Shown here piece by piece: positions 39,430 to 48,128 of a DNA stretch of 64,000 bases. Numbering within the stretch: position 1 is the stretch's first letter; each line of letters begins with the position of its first letter. This stretch comes from Longimicrobiales bacterium (lineage in GTDB: Bacteria; Gemmatimonadota; Gemmatimonadetes; Longimicrobiales; Gaopeijiaceae), in NCBI GenBank assembly GCA_041690395.1, contig JAWLHJ010000003.1, forward strand, positions 1 to 64,000, written 5' to 3'. The notes under the pieces are model-generated. The model was not told where the DNA came from. It ran no database searches and saw only the letters and a program-made list of their open reading frames with translations. Made by a program: the position numbers and the translations under genes.

Positions 39430-40526
39430 CCTCACGGCGTATCCACTTCGTGGTCCCCGGAGCCCTCGACCAGCGGACCGGCGGGTATCTCTACGACGCC
39501 CGCATGGTGGCCGAGATGAGGGCCGTCGGTCGGGATGTCGTCGTGCACGAGCTCGACGGAGCCTTTCCGGCCGCGGACGAGGTGGCGCGTGGAAGCATGG
39601 GGGCGGCGCTGGAGCGGGTCGGCGACGACGAGCTGGTCGTCGTGGACGGCCTCGCCGGCGGCGGACTCCCGGAGGAGCTGGGCCGCCACGCTCGCCGCGT
39701 CCGGCTGGTGGGGCTCGTCCACCACCCGCTCGCCGACGAAACGGGGCTGTCCGAGGCGGAGGCGGCCCGCCTGGCGGCGTCCGAGCGGTCGGCCCTGGCG
39801 GTGTGCCGCGGGGTCGTGGTCACCAGCCGCTTCACCGCCCGGAGACTCGGCGCCTACGGGGTGGCGGCGCGGCGCATCCGGGTGGCCGTCCCGGGGACCC
39901 GTCCCGCTGCGCCCGCGTCGGGCCCCGAGGCCGGAGCCCCGCCGCGGCTTCTGTGCGTGGGCTCCCTGACGCGGAGGAAGGGACATCTGGTCCTGGTCGA
40001 GGCGCTGGCCACGGTCGCGGAGCTGGATTGGAACTGCTCGCTGGCGGGCAGCGAGACGCTCGACCCGGATCATGCGCGTGAGGTGCATCGCGCCGTCACC
40101 GAACACGGGTTGGAGGACCGGGTGTCCTTCCTCGGAGAGCTCGACGAGCCCTCCCTCGACGACGCCTACGCGGGGGCGAGTCTGTTCGTCCTGGCGTCGT
40201 ACTACGAGGGGTACGGCATGGCCCTCACTGAAGCGATCGCACGGGGGCTGCCGGTGCTCAGCACTACGGGCGGAGCGATCCCGTACACGGTGCCCGCGGA
40301 GGCGGGCGTGCTCGTCGAGCCTGGCGACCCGGGGGCACTCGCCCGAGCGCTCCGCGGCCTTCTGGTCGAGCCGGATGGCACGCTAGCCACGCTTCGGGAG
40401 GGGGCCCTCCGTGTGGCGGCCGACCTCCCCGACTGGCTGGCCGCCGGGGCTACATTCCTCTCGGCGGTCGAGGAGGCCGGCCACGGAGTCCCTCTCGCCG
40501 TTTCCGGGACGGGCACGCCGTCATGA
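39426..40526 (+). CDS. Glycosyltransferase family 4
   Basis: TGGYLYD, HHPL, RRKG, EX7E motif YEGYGMALTE. Confidence 0.9.
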   Translation: MTSRRIHFVVPGALDQRTGGYLYDARMVAEMRAVGRDVVVHELDGAFPAADEVARGSMGAALERVGDDELVVVDGLAGGGLPEELGRHARRVRLVGLVHHPLADETGLSEAEAARLAASERSALAVCRGVVVTSRFTARRLGAYGVAARRIRVAVPGTRPAAPASGPEAGAPPRLLCVGSLTRRKGHLVLVEALATVAELDWNCSLAGSETLDPDHAREVHRAVTEHGLEDRVSFLGELDEPSLDDAYAGASLFVLASYYEGYGMALTEAIARGLPVLSTTGGAIPYTVPAEAGVLVEPGDPGALARALRGLLVEPDGTLATLREGALRVAADLPDWLAAGATFLSAVEEAGHGVPLAVSGTGTPS

Positions 40527-41353
40527 GCGACGCTCCCGAACGCCGAGACGCGTTTTCCGCCGGCTGGCTCGCGCTGCGGGAGCCCGTCGACCACCGGACG
40601 CGCGCGGAAGCGTTGCTCGCGCCTCTGGCGACGGAGTGGCGGAGGCGGGGGTGGAGACGCGTAGTCGACCTGGGCTCCGGGACCGGATCGAACGCCCGCT
40701 ACCTGGCGCCACGCCTGCCGGGTCCCCAGCGGTGGGTGCTCGTCGACCACGACGCGGACCTGCTCGAGGGGGCCACCGTTCCGTCGTCGGTCGACGACGT
40801 GCGGCGGATCGTGGGCGATCTCGCCGCGGAGGGGCTCGAGGCCGTCCATGAAGCCGATCTGGTCACCGGTTCCGCTCTCCTGGATCTCGTGTCCGGGGCG
40901 TGGCTGGAGCAGCTTGTCGACGCCTGCCTGTCCGCGGGGGCGGGTGCGCTGTTCACCACCATCTACGACGGCACGGTGCATTGGAGCGACGAGCGCCCGG
41001 ACGACGCACGGGTGAAGGAGTTGGTGAACGCTCATCAGGCCCGAGACAAGGGCCTCGGTGGCGCACTCGGCCCGAGGGCGGCTCGCGCGGCTCGTGACCG
41101 GTTCGAGGTCGCGGGCTACCGGACCTGGCTGACGCCGAGCCCGTGGAGCCTCGGTACGGGCGACGCACAGTTGGCGCGCCTGCTAGTCGAAGGTTGGGTC
41201 GATGCGGCGGTCGAGCAGAGCCCCGCCGACGCGGATCGACTCAGGGCGTGGGGCCGTGCGAGGTGCGCGGACGTGGACGGTGGAGTCGCCCGGGTCGTCG
41301 TGGGACATCTGGACCTGCTCGCCCTCCCTCCGGCGGAGCACGAGGACCGGTGA
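40523..41353 (+). CDS. Class I SAM-dependent methyltransferase-like protein
   Basis: WLALREPVD, VDLGSGTGSN, SALLDLVS, NAHQ, GHLDL. Confidence 0.82.
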   Translation: MSDAPERRDAFSAGWLALREPVDHRTRAEALLAPLATEWRRRGWRRVVDLGSGTGSNARYLAPRLPGPQRWVLVDHDADLLEGATVPSSVDDVRRIVGDLAAEGLEAVHEADLVTGSALLDLVSGAWLEQLVDACLSAGAGALFTTIYDGTVHWSDERPDDARVKELVNAHQARDKGLGGALGPRAARAARDRFEVAGYRTWLTPSPWSLGTGDAQLARLLVEGWVDAAVEQSPADADRLRAWGRARCADVDGGVARVVVGHLDLLALPPAEHEDR

Positions 41354-42342
41354 AGCGCCGGGCGCGCCGCTGGCTCCGGGGCCTCGCGGGACCCATCATT
41401 CTCCTGGGTGTCGCCCTGACGGTCGACGTCCGAGCGGTGTCGGAGCGCCTCGCCGCCCTCGAGGCGCCCTGGGTGCTAGCCGCGCTTGCGGTCGGCGTCG
41501 GGCAGACGCTCCTCTCCGCCTGGCGCTGGAGGTACACCGCCGGCCGCCTCGGACTCACGATCCCATTTGCGCTGGCGCTCCGCGAGTACTACCGCGCGAT
41601 CTTCCTGAATCAGGTGCTGCCCGGCGGCGTCCTGGGCGACGCCGACCGCGCCTGGCGCCATTCGGGACGAGCTCCCGAGGCGCGCGGGCCGGCGGTTCGA
41701 GCGGTGGTCCTGGAGCGGCTCTCGGGCCAGGTGGTGATGGCCGCGGTGGCGTCGATCTCCTTCGGCTTCATCGCGCTGCGCGCCGGAACCGGGGCCCTCG
41801 GTTGGTGGGTCGCGTCGCTGGGCGTGGCCGCCGTTGCCGGCGTCGCCGTGGCGGTATCGGTCCGAGCGCCGCGCAGCTCCTCGCCCGCTTCGGTGACGGC
41901 CGCCCTCAGACGTGACGCCCGGGCCGCGCTCTTCTCCGGTGAGGCCGTGTACGTCCAACTCGCGACCTCGACGGTCATCATCGCATCGTACGTCGCGGCC
42001 TACCTGCTCGCGGCGCGGGCGGTGGGCGTCGAGACGCCCCTCGTCGCGGTGGCGCCTCTGGTCGCACCGGTCCTGCTGGCGATGCTGCTTCCCGTCTCGG
42101 TCGGGGGGTGGGGCGTGCGTGAGTCCGCCGCGGCCGCGATCTGGAGCGTCGCGGGCCTGGGCGCCTCGGACGGCGTGGCGATCTCCGTCGCGTACGGCCT
42201 GATTGTGCTCGTCGGCACGGTGCCGGGAGGCTACGCGCTCCTGTTCGGTGGAACACCCGTCGCGGCCGAAGCGGTCGAGGGGCTGCCGGAGCCCGCCCGT
42301 AGGTCCAGGTCGAAGAGGATGTCGGCGCCCAGCGCGAAGTGA
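41350..42342 (+). CDS. Lysylphosphatidylglycerol synthase TM-domain (UPF0104, flippase-like) protein
   Basis: AWRW, FLNQVLPGGVLGD, VVLERLSG, LPVSVGGWGVRE; multi-TM. Confidence 0.85.
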   Translation: MKRRARRWLRGLAGPIILLGVALTVDVRAVSERLAALEAPWVLAALAVGVGQTLLSAWRWRYTAGRLGLTIPFALALREYYRAIFLNQVLPGGVLGDADRAWRHSGRAPEARGPAVRAVVLERLSGQVVMAAVASISFGFIALRAGTGALGWWVASLGVAAVAGVAVAVSVRAPRSSSPASVTAALRRDARAALFSGEAVYVQLATSTVIIASYVAAYLLAARAVGVETPLVAVAPLVAPVLLAMLLPVSVGGWGVRESAAAAIWSVAGLGASDGVAISVAYGLIVLVGTVPGGYALLFGGTPVAAEAVEGLPEPARRSRSKRMSAPSAK

Positions 42343-43136
42343 CGGCAAGCGGGCCGGAGCGCGGCGTCGAGCTCGTCGATGACCGGCAGGCTCAGCCCCT
42401 GGCGCCCGGATCCGATGATCATGGGCGCGACCGTGACGTGCAGCCGATCGAGCGCGCCGGCCTCCAGGAAGCGGGATACGGTGATGCCACCGCCTTCGAC
42501 AAGGATCCGCCGGTAGCCACGCCCGCGCAGCAGCGCAATGAGGGCTCCAGGAGGTACGGACCCGGCGCGCCCACGCTCTGGCGGCGCGATGACCTCCACG
42601 TGGCCGGGTAGACCCGCCTCCGGCGTACCGTCCCGGATCCAGAGCGTGGGCGCGTCGGCGTCGGTGAAGAGCGGCCCTTCCGGCGGGACGCGCCCGTTCG
42701 GATCGAGCACGATCCTGGTCGGATGCTCTCCTTCGACGAGGCGCACCGTCAGGCGCGGGGCGTCGGAGACGGCAGTCCCCGCGCCGACGATCACGGCGTC
42801 GACGAGGGCGCGCAGGCGGTGGAGTCTCACGATGTCCTCCGGGCCGGTCACGTAGTGGGACCGACCGGACTCCGTGGCCACCCGTCCGTCGAGGCTCTGC
42901 CCGATCTGGCCCACGACGTAGTCCGGGCGCGCCGCCAGCGGCAGATAGAGGTCCAGGATCGCTCGGGCCTCCGGGCCAGGAGGAGGCTGGGTGTGCCACC
43001 CCCCTTCGTCGTCGAGCACGAGGAGGTGGCCGGAGGCGTCGCGCACGCGCGCGGGCGGCGCCGACCCGTCCGACACGGCGCCGGCCACCGCGCGCACCAG
43101 CGACCAGGCCGCGGCCGCGTCGAGTGAGGCGTTCAC
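42231..43136 (-). CDS. RibD C-terminal (pyrimidine reductase/DHFR-like) domain protein, no deaminase domain
   Basis: GQSLDGRVAT, HRLRALVDAVIVGAGT, PRLTVR, LVEGGG, APMIIG. Confidence 0.88.
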   Translation of the reverse strand: MNASLDAAAAWSLVRAVAGAVSDGSAPPARVRDASGHLLVLDDEGGWHTQPPPGPEARAILDLYLPLAARPDYVVGQIGQSLDGRVATESGRSHYVTGPEDIVRLHRLRALVDAVIVGAGTAVSDAPRLTVRLVEGEHPTRIVLDPNGRVPPEGPLFTDADAPTLWIRDGTPEAGLPGHVEVIAPPERGRAGSVPPGALIALLRGRGYRRILVEGGGITVSRFLEAGALDRLHVTVAPMIIGSGRQGLSLPVIDELDAALRPACRHFALGADILFDLDLRAGSGSPSTASAATGVPPNRSA

Positions 43137-43954
43137 GACCGGTCCGTCAGGCGATCCAGCGGGAAACGGGCCGCGTCGGCGAGCACGCGCGCGAGGTACG
43201 CGCCGTATCCTTCGACGAGGCGGGCGCCCATCTCCTTCGTGGCCAGGTGCGCGTTGCCGGTCACGCCGTCGGGGTTGAGATCCTGCGCGGTCCAAGCGAA
43301 CGCGGCGGCTCCCTCGGGCAGCAGGACGTCGAGGGTCTCCTCGAGCTTCGCGCCGAGCGACGGGAAGTCCCGAACGGTCTCCTTCCGCACCAGATCGGGA
43401 CGGAGGTGCATCATCATGGCCGTCTCGACCGCACCGCCGTGGAGCCCGTGACGCCATTCGGCTTCCGGCAGCTCGACGCCGTCCGGCCGGGGAAACCGGA
43501 AGACGTGGGCCTTCACCACCAGGAGCCCGTGATCCGTCCGCGCCCGGAGCGCGGCCCCGTCGACGACATGCTTGTTGCCCCCGTGCGCGTTCAGGATCAC
43601 CAGCCGGTGGATCCCCTCGGCCGCGACCGCGGCGGCCAGCGAGCCGAGTACGCGCCCGAGGGTCTCCGCGTCCAGCGACAGGGTGCCCCCGAGCCCCACG
43701 TGCTCCTCGCTCGAGCCGAGGGAGAGGTGCGGCAGGACGACGACGGGCACCTTGGCCGCCGTGGACTCCAGGGCCCGCTCCAGGATGCCTGCCGCGATCA
43801 GGAGGTCGGTCGACACCGGGAGGTGCGGCCCGTGCTGCTCGATCGCGCCGAGGGGCAGGACGGCGACCGGATCGTGTCCGGCGGCGGCCGCGAGCTCCGG
43901 GCGGGTCGCGGTCTCCCAGGAGAGCGGGAAGACGGGGGCGGGCGCTCGGGTCAT
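43133..43954 (-). CDS. Creatininase-family amidohydrolase (FAPy deformylase-like)
   Basis: LPLGAIEQHGPHLPVSTD, SEEH, NAHGGN, HGGAVET. Confidence 0.9.
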   Translation of the reverse strand: MTRAPAPVFPLSWETATRPELAAAAGHDPVAVLPLGAIEQHGPHLPVSTDLLIAAGILERALESTAAKVPVVVLPHLSLGSSEEHVGLGGTLSLDAETLGRVLGSLAAAVAAEGIHRLVILNAHGGNKHVVDGAALRARTDHGLLVVKAHVFRFPRPDGVELPEAEWRHGLHGGAVETAMMMHLRPDLVRKETVRDFPSLGAKLEETLDVLLPEGAAAFAWTAQDLNPDGVTGNAHLATKEMGARLVEGYGAYLARVLADAARFPLDRLTDRS

Positions 43955-44700
43955 GGGACGGACTCCTCGATCAAGCGGGCGTACAGGTCGCCGAACGGGA
44001 GATCGTCCGCGCCTCCTTGGAGCCACGCGCGCGCCTCACCGGCGGTGAGCCATCCGTCGAAGACGAAGTTGCGGTCCTCTCCGGCCACGGCATTGTACTC
44101 GTAACGCCCCAGCGTCTCCAGCCGTGCGACGCACGCCTCGGCCACCTCGAGCCCTCCCCGGACGAACTCCACCGAGAGCGCCGACACGGCCCGGCTGAGG
44201 CCCTCGAGCGCTTCGGCCTCGTAGCCCTCGATGTCCAGCTTGCAGAAATCCGGGAGGCCGAAACGGTCCACGAGCGCGTCCAGCGTCGTCATGGGGACCT
44301 CGATCTCGTCCTCCCAGCGCACGCCCTCGAACCCCGGATTGCGCTCGGGCATCCGGTCGCGCCACAGCCGTGAGACCGTCGATACGGTGGGGGTGCGCCG
44401 ACTCACCGCCAGGCGGGCGGTCCCCTCCTTCGGGCCGACGGCCTCCTCGACGATCTCGACGCCCGAGCGGCGCCCCACCAGCCGGCGGAGCCACGTGGCG
44501 ACCCGCGGCTGCGGCTCGAGCGCGATCACCCGGGCTCCGAGGGCCGAGAACGCCGCGGTTCGGTCGCCCAGGTGGGCGCCGACGTCGAACACGAGGGAGC
44601 CCCGGCCGACGAACGGCCGGTACAGGCGGCGGAGGGCCGGCTGTCTCCCCGGGCGCCAGTAGACGAGGAGGGAGCGCAGGAGCCCGAAGATCTCACCCAC
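43951..44700 (-). CDS. FkbM-family methyltransferase
   Basis: FDVGAHLG, ALEPQP, TTLDAL, KLDIEGYE. Confidence 0.88.
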   Translation of the reverse strand: MGEIFGLLRSLLVYWRPGRQPALRRLYRPFVGRGSLVFDVGAHLGDRTAAFSALGARVIALEPQPRVATWLRRLVGRRSGVEIVEEAVGPKEGTARLAVSRRTPTVSTVSRLWRDRMPERNPGFEGVRWEDEIEVPMTTLDALVDRFGLPDFCKLDIEGYEAEALEGLSRAVSALSVEFVRGGLEVAEACVARLETLGRYEYNAVAGEDRNFVFDGWLTAGEARAWLQGGADDLPFGDLYARLIEESVP

Positions 44701-46393
44701 CGGGACCGGCCTGCGCGAGGTCCTTGGGTCCGCTGAAGGTCGGCACGAACCAGGGCCGGAAGCGGTCCATGCGAGGGGCATCTCCCTCTGGGTCCGGGAA
44801 CGCCCCGGGCACGAAGCCCCACTCGAGGAACGGCGCCACGAGGTCCGGGTCACCGCTGACGACGTGCACGGGGACGGTCCGTGGCGCGCCGTCCCCGGTC
44901 ACCAGCGGCGCGGGCTGGTGATCGCCGAGAATGATCAGCAGCATGTCCTCGCCGACGTAGCGCTCGGCGTAGGACGTCGCCGAGTGCACGGCGTAGTCGA
45001 TGGACAGCGCGAAGTGCTCCCGCACGCGGTCGGCGTTCCGCCAGAGGTCCTCGGGGCGCTCACCGGCATCGCGCCAGGGCTCGAACACGGCGCCGTTTCC
45101 GATGCCTTCCCAGTCTTCGAGCACCGGCAGGATGGGGGTCCACGGCGCGTGGCTGCTGATCAGCCCCAGCTCCGCGAAGAGCGGACGCTCGTCGTCGCGC
45201 CCGCGGATGGTGTGCTCGAGGAACGACCAGGTGAACTGGTCCGGCATGGTCACCCAGTTCAGCGGGGGGCCGGCATACCCGATGGCCTCGAAGTCGTAGA
45301 TCTCGTCGTAGCCGAACCGCTCACCCTCGGGCCAGGCGAGCGTGATGGCCGGCATCAATGCCGCCGTGCGGTATCCCGCGGCGCGGAAGTCGTCGACGAG
45401 CGTCTGGCGGCGGCTCGCGAGCAGGAGGTCGTAGCGCATCTGGTTGTGGAGCCAGAGGCCGCTCAGCACGGAGCCGTGGCCGAGCCAGGACTGCCCGCCC
45501 TGGCTCGGCGCCACCATGCTGCCGCTCGCGAGCGTCAGTCCCGCTTCGGCCATGCGACGCTCCATCTCCTCGAGTCGCGGCCGCAGGACGGATGCGTAGC
45601 GGGGATCGTCCAACACCACGCTCCCGTACGACTCGACGAACGCGAGCACGACGTCCCGGCCGCCGAGTCGGTCGAACAGGCCCGGGAGCTCCGCGTAGCT
45701 GTCGGTCGTCGCCGAGAGCTCGGCCTCGAAGGCCTCTCGCTCCTCATTGAGCGCCGACAGGAAGCGGGATTGCTCCAGCACGAGACGGACCCCCGGGAAC
45801 CCGAGGCCGCCCGCTCCGCCCGCGGCACGCGCTCCGAACATCATCATACCGGTCACCACGACCGCGATCACGGCATTCCGCCGGCTCCATAGAATGGGGC
45901 GGACGCCGCGCGGCGGGGCCAGCAGGTGGCCGAGGACCGCCACGGTGGCGAGGACGGCGCTCACTGCGAGCACCCCGGCGAGAGCCGCCGCCACCCCTCC
46001 CAACGTTCCCGTCAGGAGGTTGAAGACGGCGCTCAGGAGCTGGACGTCGAGATACAGGTTGAGCGGGCGGGACAGGCTCATGCGGGTCGAGGCGTCGCCG
46101 AGACCGATCAGCCCGGTCGCAACGACCAGCGTGGCGGCGAGCAGGGCGGCCGCCAGGCTCCACCAGGCACGGGGAAGCGCGGCGAACACGAGGGCGAGGA
46201 GCCAGGCCTCGACCGCGATCCAATGGAACGGAACCATGCCGGGGGCGCCCCATTGCGGGGCGAGCAGCACGGCATTGACAACCAGAAACGCCAGGACGAG
46301 GCTCAGGAGTCTTCCGGACGCGGTCGACGGCCACGAGGCCAGCGCCTTCGCGACGGAGGCCGGTCTCCCGACGGTCGCCGAATCGGAGCTCAT
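44693..46393 (-). CDS. Membrane-anchored alkaline-phosphatase-superfamily (sulfatase/LtaS/OpgB-like) protein
   Basis: About 5 N-terminal TMs, then FVESYG, GQSWLGH, SSHAPW, GDHQP. Confidence 0.72.
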   Translation of the reverse strand: MSSDSATVGRPASVAKALASWPSTASGRLLSLVLAFLVVNAVLLAPQWGAPGMVPFHWIAVEAWLLALVFAALPRAWWSLAAALLAATLVVATGLIGLGDASTRMSLSRPLNLYLDVQLLSAVFNLLTGTLGGVAAALAGVLAVSAVLATVAVLGHLLAPPRGVRPILWSRRNAVIAVVVTGMMMFGARAAGGAGGLGFPGVRLVLEQSRFLSALNEEREAFEAELSATTDSYAELPGLFDRLGGRDVVLAFVESYGSVVLDDPRYASVLRPRLEEMERRMAEAGLTLASGSMVAPSQGGQSWLGHGSVLSGLWLHNQMRYDLLLASRRQTLVDDFRAAGYRTAALMPAITLAWPEGERFGYDEIYDFEAIGYAGPPLNWVTMPDQFTWSFLEHTIRGRDDERPLFAELGLISSHAPWTPILPVLEDWEGIGNGAVFEPWRDAGERPEDLWRNADRVREHFALSIDYAVHSATSYAERYVGEDMLLIILGDHQPAPLVTGDGAPRTVPVHVVSGDPDLVAPFLEWGFVPGAFPDPEGDAPRMDRFRPWFVPTFSGPKDLAQAGPGG

Positions 46394-46429
46394 GGTCGTT
46401 CGTGCCGGTCCACGGAGTTCGAGGTCATC

Positions 46430-48127
46430 ATGTCGTTTCGTCTGCCCGCCGCACTGATCGCCCTCGTCACGGGAATCCTCGTCGCGCTGTGGATATCGCG
46501 GGCCCCGACGCTACCGCCCGGAGACCGCGGGGCCAACCCCGAGGTCACAGAGGGAACTCCCGGCGCCACCGCACCCGGCTCCTCGGCGCCCCCGGCTCCC
46601 GCGGGACCCGCCACCGGCTCCGCGGAACTGCCGACCTGGGAGGTCGCACCCGGGTCGATCGAAGACGATCTCACCCGGATCGCCCGGGACCTCGCCCGCT
46701 CCGAGTACCGCCCGCCGGACGCCGCCGTTCCCCCGGCGCTCCTGGGTCTGGACTTCGACGGCTACCGCCGGATCCGCTTCCGACCCGAGCAGGCGATCTG
46801 GCGGGGCGTCACGGACTACGAGCTGCAGCTCTTTCACCTGGGCACTTCTCTGTACGACCAGCCGGTGAGCGTGCACCTGGTGGAGGACGACTCCGTCCGG
46901 CGCCTCGAGTACGACCCGGCCCTGTTCGCCTTCGAGGGGGCCGCGACGTCGCTGGCCGACCTGGCCCCCGGCGCCGTGCCCGGCTTCGCCGGCTTCCGCG
47001 TCCACTACCCGCTCAACGATCCCGACACCCACGACGAGGTCGCGGCGTTCCTGGGCGCCTCGTATTTCCGAGTGCTCGGCTCGGGGCAGGAGTACGGGCT
47101 TTCGGCCCGCGGCCTGGCGGTCGACCCCGCGGTCGAGGGTCCGGAGGAGTTTCCCGACTTCCGCGCGTTCTGGATCGAGCGGCCCGACGCGGCGGGGAGT
47201 CCAATCGTGATCCACGCGCTCCTCGACGGTCCGTCCGTTTCGGGGGCGTTCCGCTTCGAGCTCGGTCCCGGGGACCCGACCGAGGTGCTCGTCGACGCGC
47301 GCCTGTTCGCTCGACGCGACGTCCGGAAGCTCGGGGTGGCGCCGCTGAGCAGCATGTTCCTGCACGCTCCCGGGCACGGCCCGTCGCACGACGACTTCCG
47401 TCCCCGCGTCCACGACTCCGACGGCCTCCAGACCAAGACGGGGAAGGGGGAGTGGATCTGGCGTCCGCTCGGCAATGGACCCGGGCTCCACGTCACGTCG
47501 CTCAGGGACGAGGCCCCGGCAGGCTTCGGACTCCTCCAGCGCGCACGGGACTTCGAGGACTACCTCGACCTCGAGGCGCGGTACCATCGCCGCCCGGGAT
47601 ACTGGATCGAGGTGCTAGGCGGCGATTGGGGGGCGGGAGGCGTCGAGCTGCTGGAGATTCCCTCCGCGTCGGAGTTCAACGACAACGTCGCTGCGTACTG
47701 GGTGCCCGACCGGCCGTTCCGCGCAGGTGACGAGCGGCGCTTCCGTTATCGCCTGGTGACGGTGGGGGGCGTACCGCCCGAGATGGACGTGGCACGCGTC
47801 GTGCGTACGGTGGTGTCTTGGGATGCGCTCCCCGGTGAGGCGAATCCGCCGCCACGAAGCCGGCGCCGTTTCGTCGTCGACTTCCGGGGAGGGCGGCTTT
47901 CCGATCCCGAGGTGGTAGACGACCTTCGGGTGGATCTTTCGGTGTCACGCGGAGCCGTGGAGGAGGTCATGATCGTGCCTCTCCCGGGTAACAGTGGCCG
48001 GAGGGTGACGTTCGCCCTCGATCCCCAGGGAGATGCACCGGCCGACATGCGCCTCAACCTCGTCGCGGGCGATGAGCCCGTGAGCGAGACGTGGAGCTAC
48101 GTGTGGTACCCAGGAAGAATCGACTGA
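46430..48127 (+). CDS. opgG: Periplasmic glucan biosynthesis protein OpgG/OpgD (MdoG family)
   Basis: YRRIRF, FLGASYFR, YGLSARGLA, EEFPDF, APLSSMF, VHDSDGL, FGLLQRAR, SETWSY. Confidence 0.9.
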   Translation: MSFRLPAALIALVTGILVALWISRAPTLPPGDRGANPEVTEGTPGATAPGSSAPPAPAGPATGSAELPTWEVAPGSIEDDLTRIARDLARSEYRPPDAAVPPALLGLDFDGYRRIRFRPEQAIWRGVTDYELQLFHLGTSLYDQPVSVHLVEDDSVRRLEYDPALFAFEGAATSLADLAPGAVPGFAGFRVHYPLNDPDTHDEVAAFLGASYFRVLGSGQEYGLSARGLAVDPAVEGPEEFPDFRAFWIERPDAAGSPIVIHALLDGPSVSGAFRFELGPGDPTEVLVDARLFARRDVRKLGVAPLSSMFLHAPGHGPSHDDFRPRVHDSDGLQTKTGKGEWIWRPLGNGPGLHVTSLRDEAPAGFGLLQRARDFEDYLDLEARYHRRPGYWIEVLGGDWGAGGVELLEIPSASEFNDNVAAYWVPDRPFRAGDERRFRYRLVTVGGVPPEMDVARVVRTVVSWDALPGEANPPPRSRRRFVVDFRGGRLSDPEVVDDLRVDLSVSRGAVEEVMIVPLPGNSGRRVTFALDPQGDAPADMRLNLVAGDEPVSETWSYVWYPGRID

Positions 48128-48128
48128 C

